Source: Kudoa neothunni (taxonomy: Eukaryota; Animalia; Cnidaria). From it: a DNA stretch of 64,000 nucleotides. The position numbers were made by a program, and so were the translations under genes. The notes beneath the pieces were generated by a model that was given only the letters and a program-made list of their open reading frames with translations, did not search any database and had not been told where the DNA came from. Location of the stretch: contig OZ199840.1 of the NCBI GenBank assembly GCA_964304625.1, forward strand, positions 1,568,959 through 1,632,958. The letters are read 5' to 3'. Positions 24,849-38,449 of the stretch are shown in pieces; the first letter of the stretch is position 1; the number at the start of each line of letters is the position of its first letter.

Positions 24849-27068
24849 TTATTTTCGGTCAGAATCATTTTTTTGAGTAATTTGATTGGCAAGAAAATCG
24901 AATTCTATTTTAGCCAAATCATGAATAACCCATTTCATAGTATTATCTACAAAAAATTGGTCATTCAATGAGTTATAATGATATTAATAAGTGAATGATT
25001 ACCATATAAATTATTGTCATTTGTTTGGTTAACAAGAGCCACTTTAATGCTAAAAAGAATTGATTCAATCATTCAAAATAAATATTAATAAATTATACGC
25101 CACTATTGCATCCACACTAACGTTTTCTTCGGCCATCATTAGAGGGGTCTTTATTTTGGTAATACTTACAACGCGATCTCTATAATATATAAGCTTACCA
25201 TATTATTTTTATTTTTCGCAGTCATATCCGAATTATGACTAATCAGTAAACAGCAAATACTACATAAAATGTTTCAACTACAATCACTAAAAATACATCG
25301 TTACTAGGGGTTGTTATTGAGAGCGGCCAAATGAAGAGGTGTATTTTCGTCCAAATCTGCAATATTTGGGTTAGCACCGTTCAACAACAGATAATAAACC
25401 AAATTTCTCCAATTCTAAAAATTATTATTTAAAGCAAAAGAATAAAAATAAATTATCAATTATTAGATAAGAAAAGAATACATTTTTGGTGGCTGCTAAA
25501 AGCGGCGTTACACCTTGAGGAGTATGGTGATTAATGTCTGCCCCATGGGCAATAAAAAAAAGACAACATATAATATTCCCCTCTATGGCAAATTCCACGA
25601 GATTCTAAAAAAAGTATTACTTGATGAATAGAAACAGCTAAAATCACTTGATTTATATCATTAGTATTGGTTGAATTCGATTTATTCGGCTTGGACTGAT
25701 CTACTCCTAATTTATCAGTCAGTAACTCCGGTTTAATCCAACGCCCAATCACCTAACGATGAAATTGAGTCGTCCGAATTGATACCAACGTTCAGTTCAT
25801 TCATTTTTGATAATGGAAGTAAATAGCTACGTTCCACATATTTGTCTTTAGCAAAATCTTCCCTTCCAATTATGCCGTCCCTTTACAATCATAGAAATCG
25901 GTGGATTCGAAAGATTGAATACCGTAGACGCTTTTTAAATTCTTCGTTTATTCCATAAGAAAATACTTTATTGATAATTTTGTTGCCGAAATTTAGAAAT
26001 AAAACTGAAATATTTGATGTCCATAAGTCCATCTCCAACGAGCGCACCCTGGACACATTTGCACCCAACGCACGATGAGCACCAGAACATTTGATACATA
26101 ATGTCACAAAAAATGTTATGCTGGCCCAAAGTGGATCTATTATTAGAAAGTTAAATCTAATCGAATCACAAAATTAGAATGAATACTTCGATCCCCACAA
26201 TCGGCACACACATTATTGCCTGGAATCGTTTTAATAATCATTAGGTCTCTATAGAGTTAGCGTGGTCATGTTTAATTTTAAACAGAATTCAAAAAATTTG
26301 TTTAAAATTAATCACTCTTTCAATAAAATAGGATCAGCCTCTAACGGGAAATGTCTCTCAACTTTACTCATTATCAATTAAAACGTGTACAGCCGGTGGT
26401 TATACCTGTTGAGCTCCTGATGTAGTGTGTTTGATGGGCATTATTAATCTTATTAAGAATATAATTGAATAGATGTTCTCTACTTATATAGGAACGAATG
26501 ACAATTTTTCTACGATGGAGATCTTTGGAATTATAACACTCTATAAAAATATACTTATTTGGGGATATCAATATAAAATAATCTTTCTGAGGCACATCCT
26601 TCACCGAACACAATACTAGCGGACCAAAAATCTCAAATGTTTTCTACAAGTTATTAGATTTTTATTTATATAATTTTAATTGAGTGTACTTGTTTCCCAT
26701 TGCTCAAATATACATCTTCCGAGTTGACTCTTATTTCACATCTTGAGTGTTAAATCAAATATCCAACTTTCATCGTATCATTTTAGGAAACTACTTTTTC
26801 CAATTGGATAAAAGTAATTTTTTCTTTCTTTTCCTTATAAGAATTGGTTCTGTGATTGATTCGGATCTAAGCAGGTAACTAAAACAAAACGAATTTCAAG
26901 CCATCCACTTCACCTCACAACATTTAACCTGAATGTACTATTTAAGTCTTGCTTATGGAGACTTTTCACTTTGTTTTTAATTTTTTTATCGCTATAAATC
27001 AAGGTTCTTGTTACAGACTTTTAGCGGCAAACCATTTATTTTCCGAAATACCTTATAATTTTTTTCAT
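24849..27068 (-). CDS. ArfGAP with PH domain and ankyrin repeats (ACAP/centaurin-like, no BAR domain)
   Basis: Spliced frame from ATG 27068: PH-like ILIRKRKKKLLLSNWKKCEIRV…FILISPNK; ArfGAP zinc finger PGNNVCADCG…WASITFFVTLCIKCSGAHRALGANVSRVRSL; ankyrin repeats GVTPLLAA, LLLNGANPNIADLDENTPLHLAA, KTPLMMA; stop at 24849-24851. Confidence 0.88.
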
Positions 27069-27449
27069 TATATACCCGACTATAGATTATAAGTTATATT
27101 GTATTATTATTATTATTATCTGTCTAAAGAAATCAAATTAAAATAAATCCATTTCTATCAATTTATTGGGAATAATAAATTTTCATTATTTTATAAAACA
27201 AATATATTAACAATAAATTTGATTTAAAAATAATTTATGTACGTATTAATACTCATAGAGTTTATATGGAATTAAATATTTGAACAATAAAAGTTTGTCT
27301 TCATTATATTGATGACAGCTAAAGCTTAGAATATACTAATATAAATATTTGAATTTAATTATTCTGTGTTGTCGAAAAAACAAATAAATCATTTTTGTTT
27401 TTCTTCGGTAGGGGCTATAATAAATATATTCAAAAATATATTATCGTAT

Positions 27450-27900
27450 CAAGAATTGATAAAATTCAAACAATTGCAATATACATTATTCGGTGATATT
27501 TTGTAATCACCCAAGCATAAAATCATACCAATGGTTCTCTAGCTTCGCCGCAGCAACCTCCAATTATATAAACCAACCATCAGGTTGTTCAGAATTAAAT
27601 TAGCAGAAAAATTACTCCTAATTTTTTCTATTGAATTTTATATCCCAACCTCGACAACAGATTTCTAAAATACAGGGGCTTACTCGGTCAAAATCGGTGA
27701 GATTGGGATCTACCAAAAAACAAAGTTTTTCCACCTCCTACAAAATTAAAATAACCAATTTTAGTAAGAATATGTTGGGTAATACCTTCCTCAAGCTATC
27801 TGAATTAATGTTCTTATAAAATCAAAAATAATAATCATTTCACACTTTGAGGAAGCCGATAATAATAAAGAGTAAGTTCACCTGCAAAAGGATCAACCTG
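27450..27900 (-). other. Possible exons of a small unknown gene or pseudogene
   Basis: Short in-frame segments between GT-AG pairs (VDPFAGELTLIIIGFLK|NINSDSLRK|EVEKLCFLVDPNLTDFDR); a complete model could not be closed. Confidence 0.25.
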
Positions 27901-28689
27901 TTAATATCGAATAAGCATAACTGGATTAATTTATTTTAAATATATAGAGATAATTGTATTTAAGCACATTTTTTCGATTATATATATATTTTACCTATGA
28001 GGTGATTTAAATAAATTTGGCATCAATCAGTGAATCACGGTTGGGTTAAAATAATGTAGAATAGTAGCCATAATCCAAATCATCCACAAATCAGCGACCA
28101 CGATAAAAATCGAACCTGTTGATTATTCTAATTTTTTGTATTTATCATTGTTTCACCATCGGTAGGTTATTTTCGGCATTGTATTTGTTACCGATAATAG
28201 TTTTTGTAGTGTATTCTTTAAATAACTGCTAGCCCCTCGTAGTTATTTCCACAGGACATACAATTTAATCGATAGAGTAAAGCGTGCTTTGTTTATCCTA
28301 ACATTTGAGTGTGACAACTATGATTTTTTATTGATTTTCTTATTTCATCATTACCGGTTGCCTATTATTAATTCTATGTCTATAAGAATAAGAAATTAAT
28401 ATTATCTGCAAGAATTAGGTGTTAAATTGTATCAAATACATAAAGTTAACATCAAAAATAATTTATTGTAATTAATACACTCATTCCTACCATTAAATGT
28501 TCAACATATTTCATGCTAATTAGATATAAAAAATTCAGGATTAATCTACGAACCAATTATAATCTTTAATCGGAAAATGTGCCCACTATTCTACATTTTA
28601 ACCCACAGCTGTTCCGTCTACGAAGAGAGACTGTCTAAAAATACCCTATTTTATTCTCGACTTTAACCCTTAGAACCGAACCCCAAATT

Positions 28690-29194
28690 GCCATGAACAG
28701 ATAGCACATCGGTATGACACGGACTCATAACCTTGAGGTGATGGGTTCAAATCCGCCAGTGGTCAAAGTAGTCAAACTACTAGACTACTGCTACTGCTAC
28801 TGCTTCAGTGTCGGTGGGTGTCTATCGTGTATCCCGTATTTTGTTTGGGAGCTGTGGTTATAGTGTTACGCTCGCTGTGGAGTAGTGGGATGCACTGGCA
28901 GTTAGATTTGCGTGAATAGGAATTTAAATATCCGGAACCAATCGAAAGACAAAGTAATTTGCAGTTCTCACAGAGAGCCAACGTCCTTAAACAGATTAGG
29001 ATTTGGGGTGGTGGTCGCGCTGAGACAAAGATGTTTAGTGGGTTAAAATCCCACACTACCGCGTAATGATATAATGATAAGCGACGGGGTTTCATGTTAC
29101 GTCCTGCGGCGCCTAAAGTGTTAATTGAAGAGGTCTGACCAACCAGAATTCCACAACCTAATAAGTTGCTCCGGGGGTTTTACCTTGTAAAAAA
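28690..29194 (+). mobile_element. tRNA-derived SINE (~505 bp)
   Basis: tRNA-like head with A-box-like TAGCACATCGG, loop CTCATAA (Met-like CAT) and B-box GGTTCAAATCC; A-tail; 16-bp TSD AACCGAACCCCAAATT / AACCGAACCCTAAATT. Confidence 0.85.
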
Positions 29195-29639
29195 AACCGA
29201 ACCCTAAATTTAATCCGGCTACTGAAAAATATTTTTTTTGCTCATTATGTTTTATTTTATATAAAATATCAACAAATTGATGTACTCATTTAGAAAATTA
29301 AAAAAATATACACATGACGCCAAATGGCGAAATTGGGATGCCCCCTATTTTAATTATACATACCGGCGCACGCGCACGTGTATATTTTAGAGGGGTTTAC
29401 CGATTTTACGTACCTAACAAGCGCTAGCGCAAGCGTGAAAAATAAAAATAAACTGATTTTTGTAATTTGTTAAACTATATTATGGTTTTTAAAAATCATG
29501 TAAATAAACTGAATAAAATTTATGAAATTATATTTATATGTATACACGAATGGTTCAATTCTAATGTAGTTTCTAAAACACGGATAAAACTCTAATATTT
29601 TCAATTGTCGAAAATTCTTCAATGACATTTCATAAAACT

Positions 29640-31063
29640 CTTCTAATTCACATAATAAATTGTAGTTTCTATTACCATTGGCTTCGATGTGTGTTTTTAA
29701 TTTTACACGCAGTCATATTGTTTTGATGTAACTTTATGGGTGTTATTTTTACCTTTTCCTGTTCGATATCCTTCACAGTTTATTATATATCATCGTTTTT
29801 TTCGTTAATACCATTCATGTAATCTTTCTCAGTCTCCTACTCGAGTATCCGAGTATCATTTCGGCAATTTCATCCTTTATTTTTTATCCATATCCGATAA
29901 TTTGGTAGTTCATTCGGGACGTAAAATTAAGTTAACTGGAATAGAGAATGCTTCATTAGGACAACTGATTACGACTGGGCGCGTATATCGTATATTTTCC
30001 CCCAGGACATAGTAAGAATGAGTGCATCGAGTATATTTGGAGGAATCACATAAAGTCATTTTCTATTCGTGAAATTTATCTACGAATCATAAAGCTTTTA
30101 TAGCGCATTTTAAACGGTCGTATAATGTCCCGATCCATTGGCTGTAGTATGTTTGATATATTTTTAGGAAACTGTCGATTTTAATATCTCATGAATTATA
30201 TTATGAAAGATGCGTTGTCCATGAGAAGCTATAAAGAATTTTCGTTTTTACGTTTGAAATAATCAAATTTCCTCTGAATAGAGATATAGAAATTTAGGCG
30301 TTTCAATATATTTATGGTTCACAGGCAACGATTTAACGCTCTTAAATCGTTGAGGTTTGGCAAAACGACCAATAATAAACAGGTCTAGTTTTTCTCCTGT
30401 AATCGAAGCATCAAATAGTACAGCAACTCTATTTTCTTAATTTTGTATGCGCATATCCAGTTGATTCGTTTGACATCACAGAGTTTTTCCCTAAATTAGA
30501 ATAGTAAACAATTTTTTAAAACATTAATAAGGCGCCGCCGCTGAAAATAGAGGGATGTTTTGTCAACATTATATACACGACATGGGAATAACTTTTTGTA
30601 ATGTTGGATAATCTAGTTGTCTATTCTTCAATTCTTTTATTGTCGACAGTATCTAGGTCGCCGTGCAAATTGATTTTATTCCAATTAAATGGAAACTTGA
30701 GATTTTAAACCAACCATGTTTTATGATTTATCTACTTTTTTTATTTGATTCGGCTAATTTATTATATTTTAAATAATATCGTTAGTCTTTAATTAATGTT
30801 TATTCGATCTCATTAAATTCATCCGATCTTAAACTTGGAAACCTATTGTGAAAGCTTGCCTCTTTGCTAAAATCATTCAATTCAAATTGACGGAATCAAA
30901 TTCATATTATGAAGTAATTTCATTTTTTTAATTTCATAAAGAGAATATAATATGGAAGTCTTGTAATGACGAGGAGAAATTATTTTTCCATTTTTAGAGG
31001 TAAGAATTTCAATATTTCAAATTTTTCTTTAAAGGTTCTACACCCCTTGCTATCAGCGACCAT
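29640..31063 (-). pseudogene. Decayed pogo/Tigger (TIGD-like, DDE_1) transposase
   Basis: Minus-strand motifs in the expected order: TFKEKFEILK, VYNVDKTSLYF, RVAVLFDASITGEKLDLFIIGRFAKPQRFKSVKSLPV, LLMDNASFH, PKNISNILQPMDRDIIRPFK; many stops and frameshifts. Confidence 0.85.
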
Positions 31064-32654
31064 AGTTTGTTAGTGATTGCGTCAAATCCGCAAATGGTTT
31101 AGAAATCCAAACACAAAATTACATAAAATCCGTAGTGATCTATTTTAGGTATCTTGACGTTATTTGATATTAACCTATTAAGGGTTATTGTTCCTTTTTC
31201 AATACTTTAGTAAAATTAAGTTTTTTCTGTAAATAATTATTATCTGGATGTTTTACGTATAATTACTTATTATATTACAATATTATATCATTGTATAAAT
31301 TTTGGCTTAATTTAAAAAATATAACTGTAAATGGGTTTAATAAAGATTTTTTTCCCTTGTAAAATGAGAAATATTAATTACAATAAACCTTAGTATACAC
31401 ATACTAAGTATGAGTTTCACAACGTTGTTTAAAAAAAAAAGTTACTCTACCACCACCAACACCAGAAATGAAATATTAAATTATTTATTACAATTTCGTT
31501 AGTCTAAAAAGTAATAGTTTCTGTTTTTATTGAGACACAAATGAAAATTACATTTAATGCAAAGATGTTCAAATAATCTATCATCGAAGCATCGGTTGAA
31601 ATAAGTGAAACCTTCAAATATAATATCTAAAATTTGTTAAACAATATCAGTTGTTTCAATATTATTGTTTATTGAATTTTTCGCGTTAACAATCTAATTT
31701 AAACGGTAGTCATCTTCCTCCTCATCATTAGACCTGAATTTGGATACAATATCTTCATGATAACTATATGAAACGGAATCCGATTCCAGTCCAACATCTG
31801 ATTTGTGTCCATCTGGTAATAATATGATTTTTAAAAGTATGCTCTATTTATTTCTTTCTCAAATCTAGTCAGAATCCATTCTATAGAATATAAACACACT
31901 TAAATTAAAGACAAACGTTGTCGTGTGACAATGCTTGCTATATCTCCTGGCCCAATGTTACCAAATGGCAACATGGATTAATCTGTTCCTATAGGGTACA
32001 TGTCAAAACATAATTTCATCTTGGATTCATTTTTTGAATAAACGTATTTAATGTTATATGGATATATTTTTTAATTTTGCTTAAACCTCCAAATTCCAAG
32101 TTCAATTGTAGGATACTTGTAGCTTTTTTATACTTGCCGTAAAGTTAGATATTCATCTGTTTGGCTTTTGATACAAAACATATTAGTTTTTGTAATTCAT
32201 TTTTATTAATTCAAATTAAGATTAACTATACTATTATAATAATGATTAAAACACTCACAAAATTAAAATGACGCCATTTGACAACATCATTTTTATTATT
32301 TTTACAACGTAATCAAGCTAAAACATAGTTACAAAAAAATAAACTCAACTTATTATTTTTTAGAAATTAAAAATAATTGCGATATTTTAAGTGCTTCGAT
32401 TTCGAAGAATTGCAGTTACCATGATCTAATTTATGAAAATTGAATTCATCTCAATATAAGTTTCTAAAATAATATTGTACACATAACTATGCTTTACATT
32501 ATTCGATAATTGGAGGATAACCATATATTTAGTAAAAAATTATGAATATATTCAGTTAAATATTAATTCTAATCCTTTTATTAGTCGTGATTCTCTAAAT
32601 AAGTGTTTTCCTACAAATTATTTTTCCATAGCTCATGGTAATTTCACCGTTATT

Positions 32655-33112
32655 ATTTGTTTTCAACTTAAAAATCCCGGCACAACTTATTATGTTGCGG
32701 AGTTATGGCATGTTAGAGCATCCTCACCAACAATTTTGACACCACAAAGCGAGTAACATTGAATCTCTTATCATTCAGTGGTAGTGTGGGAGTTTTATCT
32801 ATTAAACATTCTCGTTCCGGGTAAATCACCAACCACAACCCTATGCTTAAAAATTATGACACTCCGAAGATTTCACGTCTGTTAGTGAATTTTTGACTAC
32901 TCAAACGTTTAATTCATCATCTTCTGTTAAACAAAATTAACTTCAGATGAAATTCCATTTATAATGCAATCAAGCGTTAAAAACAGTTCCCATTACGGGA
33001 TAGGGACTCACACTCACTCTTACGGAAAAGGCAGATTGATTATCGGCGAGAATCGAACCAGTACCTTCTCTTATTGAGTTCAGTTACCACACTACTGAAC
33101 TACACGTTTCCC
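32655..33112 (-). mobile_element. Second, more decayed tRNA-derived SINE sharing the 3' domain
   Basis: Minus-strand head with TAGTTCAGTAG…GGTTCGATTC. The 3' part matches SINE 1: TAAAA(C)TCCCACACTACC and CAAC.TAATAAGTTG..CCGGG..TTTT. No clear TSD. Confidence 0.7.
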
Positions 33113-33593
33113 GCGAATAACTTCCGCGCTCTCTTATTCCTATAAAAGTTATGGTTCGACTTTAAATTAGAAGATAGTTTTTATATATGTGTAAACCAAA
33201 AAATCTGAATGACAAACGCCACAAAATTAATTTTTTTACAATTTAACATAAGACTTAAAAGTAATTTTTATAAAAAGGATAGATTAAAAATAAATATGAA
33301 ATTTTGTAATTAACTCAATTTATTAGGTTTAATTTAAGAAGAATGAATATCAGTTTTTACATATCACGACATTACACTCAACGACTGGTGTTATTATTTA
33401 TTCATATTTAAATATATTATTTCTGTGTAAAATAATAAATAAATATATCGATTAAAGCAATATTATAATGAACATTAAACACATGTATAAGAGTAATACA
33501 AAAATATCAAAAAAATTATAATGGCTTAGTTATGTTACACATTTATAACAAAGAAAATTAATTATGACACATGAAAACAACTCATCCATCTAT

Positions 33594-33594
<1 letters not shown>

Positions 33595-33623
<29 letters not shown>
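33595..33623. repeat. (CAT)n microsatellite
   Basis: Seen directly. Confidence 0.95.
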
Positions 33624-33624
<1 letters not shown>

Positions 33625-33758
33625 ATAATAATTTAATATTTATTTTATTTGGCGGCTTTTTAATATTTTCCTTTTTATGATGAGTGATTATAATAGTGGT
33701 ACTTTTTTAGTGAATGAGACATGAAAAAATTCAAGAGGTTCAATGGACTCTAATATTA

Positions 33759-34083
33759 CTGTGTTTCCTCGAAAATAAGACCCCGTCTTAAATTAATTTT
33801 ACAAAAGAAGATGTTACTAAGTAGTATTTTCGAGGTAGGACTTATATGTCAGACATAAAATTAGAAGGATTATACTCCTACGTGGATATTTAAGACATTA
33901 TTGTATATTAAGGTCTGAGTAGCAACAAATTACTATTACCTTAATAAAAAATTAATTATTCATTATTGTTTTAATAAAACATAATAATCAAGGTGTCATC
34001 GAATAATCATTATCAAAATATAATGAAAAAATTCCAGGTTTTATTTAAAATTCACACTAGGTCTTACTTTCATGGAATCACGG
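33759..34083. mobile_element. Tc1/mariner-pogo-type MITE (~325 bp)
   Basis: Imperfect 24-bp TIRs CTGTGTTTCCTCGAAAATAAGACC vs CCGTGATTCCATGAAAGTAAGACC; TA on the left, CA on the right. Confidence 0.6.
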
Positions 34084-34630
34084 CATATAATACACTGGAC
34101 TTTATTATTGAGGAACTATTGTGATAATTGAAGAAAATACCATAACGTATATTTTCAATCCCTAACTATATTTATTTAATTAAAAAGAACGAATATTGGA
34201 ATATAAACGAAATCGAATGCCATAAAAACATATGCCGATCAATCCTAAGATCATTGCTCGACATTGTTATTCCGAAATATATTTCCTTATTTTTAAATAA
34301 CAAATAATTATATTTGAAATTTTTACGCATAGCTGAAACTAAGAACAAACAAAGGTCATTCGAAACGAATTCCACTCTATGTACTACTTAATTTTTTATA
34401 AATAAAATATGTCCGGATAATTTAAATGCCTTCAAGAAGTTTGTGATAGATTTATCGCGAAAAAGAATGTATAAATAACGACAAATCTCATATTTTAATT
34501 AGCACGTAGCGCAAGGTGTAATAGATTAAATTAAAACAATGTGACGTAATTCGAAAGCGAATGCAAAAAAAATTCGATATAAAAATAGATTAACATCATA
34601 ATATTGTTTCATTGTTGATAAAAATACGTG

Positions 34631-35862
34631 CTAACTATTTGGAGTGGGTTGGGGAGAATTTTTTTTCACACTGAAATAGATAATGAGCACAATGGCGATC
34701 ACTATAGCGAGTAATATTAACACAAACCACCCCATCTTTTTCCTCGATTTTGTCTACAGATGAAACAATTAATTGTAATTAGAACAACAGCAGATACTTG
34801 ATGTTCATGAGCTTTGGACAATTGAACACGAGCGTTATCTACTCGAACAGCAGCAACTTCCACATTCGCTTCAATGCTGTCTAAATGGATTTTTGTTGCT
34901 TTGTGTTGGAGGAGAAAAATTAGAATCACCTATGACCTCTCCCTGTTCGTGAATCATAGTAGCCAAATCTCGAAATATATCGTTGACACCGATGATATCT
35001 TGTTCAAGTTGACGAACAGCCTCTTCCCTCCGTTGGATATCCTCGAGTGTGAGTTCGGTTTCAACATGAGCTTGTTCTTGTTGAAATTCCGGCTTATCTA
35101 GACTTTATAGCACACATTACAACACATGTGAATAATCGTACTTAAATTGATTACCCCTCAATGAGAGTGCCTCCTTGTTCTGAACTTATTGAATGTTTTT
35201 TAGCTTGTCGTATGGAATCTTTTTCTTTTTCAGCCGCCAACTAAAAAAAAACCTACAACAAATATAAAAAAATCAAAATACTCGTTGAATAATCTGGAAC
35301 TTCTTCAAAACATCCGCGAAATTATTTTTCAATTTTTCCAACAACATAGAACGTTGCAACTACATAAACATTGTGAACAACCGACCGAAAATTCCCTCAA
35401 CAAATAGTATACTTGATCCTGATGCGAGGGAGCAACCATTGAAGCTAGTTTTTTGAGACATTCACCAATTTTCTTGGCCAAATCGTTGGTGTAATGTTGT
35501 TGACGTTGTCTTTAGATCATTTAAATCCAAACGTAACACCCACAAAAATATACAAATCATCTAATAATGTTGGAAACTCATTACTCGTGCCAATTTGTTG
35601 AACATACGAGTTGATCAAACTTACTAATATGAAGGATAGTTGTAAAGATACATCCAGAAACAAACAAAAAACAAACTTTGACTGGACATAGTTTGAATAT
35701 CTTTCACCACATTTGAAACTAGTTTCTTATACTCAAATTGGTCATAATTTTCTTCATCTAACAAACACCAAATTGACAACAATCCCAATCAAATAAGTGT
35801 TTTGGGAATCAACCTGTATCTTTCAACTTGGAATAACCTTTTCCAAAATCGGCTGGTGCCAT
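34631..35862 (-). CDS. STX7/STX12: Endosomal Qa-SNARE syntaxin (syntaxin 7/12-like)
   Basis: Spliced frame from MAPADFGKGY. Habc segments (QQHYTNDLAK; FQIIQRLAAEKEK), SNARE motif (EREEAVRQLEQDIIGVNDIFRDLATMIHEQGE…DSIEANVE…ARVQLSKA) and C-terminal TM helix WFVLILLAIVIAIVLIIYF. Confidence 0.9.
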
Positions 35863-38449
35863 TGTAAAGTTTTGATTACAAAACTGGTTTAAAAAATAAA
35901 TCTACCACCAACAGGTATCAATATAAAGCTGGTGATGATCTCAAAGTATTGCCGATGAGATTAAGACTCGTGTATGATCGCGGATTAGAGATACTTATTA
36001 TTTGTGTGTATAGCGATTGTTGATCCATGTACACATTGAAACTGTGGGGTCTCTCTATTTTTATTAGGCTACCTAAAATTATACTAAAGCAAACACTATT
36101 AAAGATGCCCGCCTGCTCGGGAATTCAAAAACACTTTGCGCATACCATGTCATTTTTCTATTTTTAACCTTTGAATACCCACTCATCTAAATCTCAATTA
36201 ATTCATATGGGTTTAAAATAAATATTTGCACAAGTAAGATTAATGTGATTGTTTTCTGATTAAAACTCCACTCTAATGTTCTACTTAAATTTATCCACTT
36301 ATTTACACTTTAATCAACTGACGAACTTGGCGGAAAATATTCATAATGAGATTTTTTTATGTATAATTCATTATTTTTAATTTATTACATTCGTCGATTG
36401 AGTGTATTCCATCGAAGTATTGGATTTACTATTTTAAATCAAATTTTATAATTATTATGTCGGTGAAAGTATTATTAACTTTCGATTATTCGGTGAATTT
36501 TAGGGTTGAAAATTTCACCCAATTTACTTCATGTAAACTAAAGATGAGATAATTTTTAGACAAAATGATGAGTTTTAGGATGTTCTATAGATTAGAATTT
36601 TTTCAGAAAACCCTTCTAAACTACAGACAACCTACTTGATTCTGTATGCAAACGAGTTTCCTATGGTGATATTTTGTGAAGGAAATTCTTGAAAATGGCG
36701 GAAAAATTATTATATCCATCGTTGCTGGAGATTCAGATGGAAATCTGTAAACTCAGAATTCCCCCAGTTATTGTTATTGTCCCAAGGAAGCCTAGTAAAC
36801 AAAATTCCCATATTAAATATAAAGATGCGAATATTTCAATCAAAAATTGGATAATAATAATAATAAGCATTATTTTTGAGATTTGTAATAAATATTGCTG
36901 TAAGAAACATTTAATAAATGTTTGTGATTATTTTTACATTAAAATTTTAATTAAAAAACGCGCAGTAAATAAAAATTAGGTGCGAAAAATTAAAAGACGA
37001 TTCTTTACGAAAGTGGTATTCGCAGAATTATAAAGATTATTATCGAATTATTTATCTCGTAACACTTTATTCTTATTTTATATCAACTAAAATCTTTAAT
37101 TTTGTTTCTTATGAAAATTTTTTGTAACAAATATTGAAATAAAAATCTTGGATTTTTCTCTATCCAAGGATCAATTGGATTGCAGTTTATTTACGATGGA
37201 CTGTAGGGTTAATTATTTAGCTTCATTTTAATTAAACATTATCTAAAATAAATACGCTTTTTTACATCTAATAAATAATAGTTATGGTTAAATTTTAAAG
37301 AAAAATTTTTGGTCTTAGTTTAAAATGATTAACATTAAGCGTAATAGGTGGAATAATAGTAATGTTATAAGTATCGGAATTATAGCGTTAGTTTTTCAGT
37401 ATTTATGCCTATCGATTGTCACATTTTTCATATATTTTGTCGAGTACTTGATATAAGTCCGGATTGTGCGGTTTTAAGTTGTTTTTAACAATTAAGGTAT
37501 TATTAGAAATGTATATAAATAAAGAGGTTTTTAAATAATATAAAAACAAATATTTCTCGATAATTTTCCAATATATGACAGCAAAAACTTATTAGATTGT
37601 GTTAGTCTCATTGTTTAATTAGGCCGAGTTCAATATGTGTCTAATCATCTCAGGGCTTTTGCTAGCTCCCCTGTTATCAAACTGCGACAGGTGAAATTAA
37701 CTAGCTGAATATCCTCGTCATCATGGAACCAACACCCGCAATATTATATTACCATTTATCTATCTAATGAAGTTTGTTCATTCTGAAATTATTTTTATGC
37801 GTGCGAATCAGTCGAATCAGACTTTTAGTTCACGACCCTCGCTCTAGAAAAGGACACATATATAAAATCGATTTTCCTAATAGTGTAAATTGTGTATAAA
37901 GTGTTTTAATGTTGTAATATAATTTATTGTAGACTAGATGAATGGGCTAATGGTCTGTAATCAAGATTTCTATCCAGAGTTTTAGGGGGCCTGCCGTTAC
38001 AGCCTCACCTGAAGCAGCGATTTCATATCTTTAGATAGTGCAATTATTGTTCAAAGACAAATCTGTAGGTCAAGTGAACTTACGTGATTTCTTTATAATA
38101 ATGTAATATTATGATTTACTAACGTCGAAGATCTTACCCCTTATTAATAATCCAAAGTTAAATATTCTTTTTTAGGCGCGTAACTTTATGATATTAAAGG
38201 CAATCAATAGCTTTGGATGGTTTAAATATCAGATTTTGAATAAAAAAACTATAACAAAGAAACGTTATCTTGGTTACATATTGTATTTTTAATCTAGCCT
38301 AAAATTATATTTTAATAAAACTACTCATATTTAATCTAAAATTAATAAATATTGATTTCTGTTATAAATAGTAATATGCTAACAGCCATGTATATTGAGA
38401 TTAAAATAATATTTCTTGGATTTTTTAATTAAAACGAATATTATAACAG

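Noticed and set aside
26740-26775. Apparent in-frame TAA in a PH-like start (MKVGYLI*HSR), hinting at recoding or a variant genetic code
   Set aside because: The segment lies in a GT-AG intron; splicing gives …SNWKK-CEIRV with no stop, and TAA ends several other genes normally.
28700-28765. tRNA-Met-like sequence
   Set aside because: No complete cloverleaf; it heads a 500-bp element with A-tail and TSD, so it is called a SINE.
31650-32180. Exon-like minus-strand segments (…DGHKSDVGLESDS…EEEDDY)
   Set aside because: Could not be joined into a stop-free model and matched no family I recognise.
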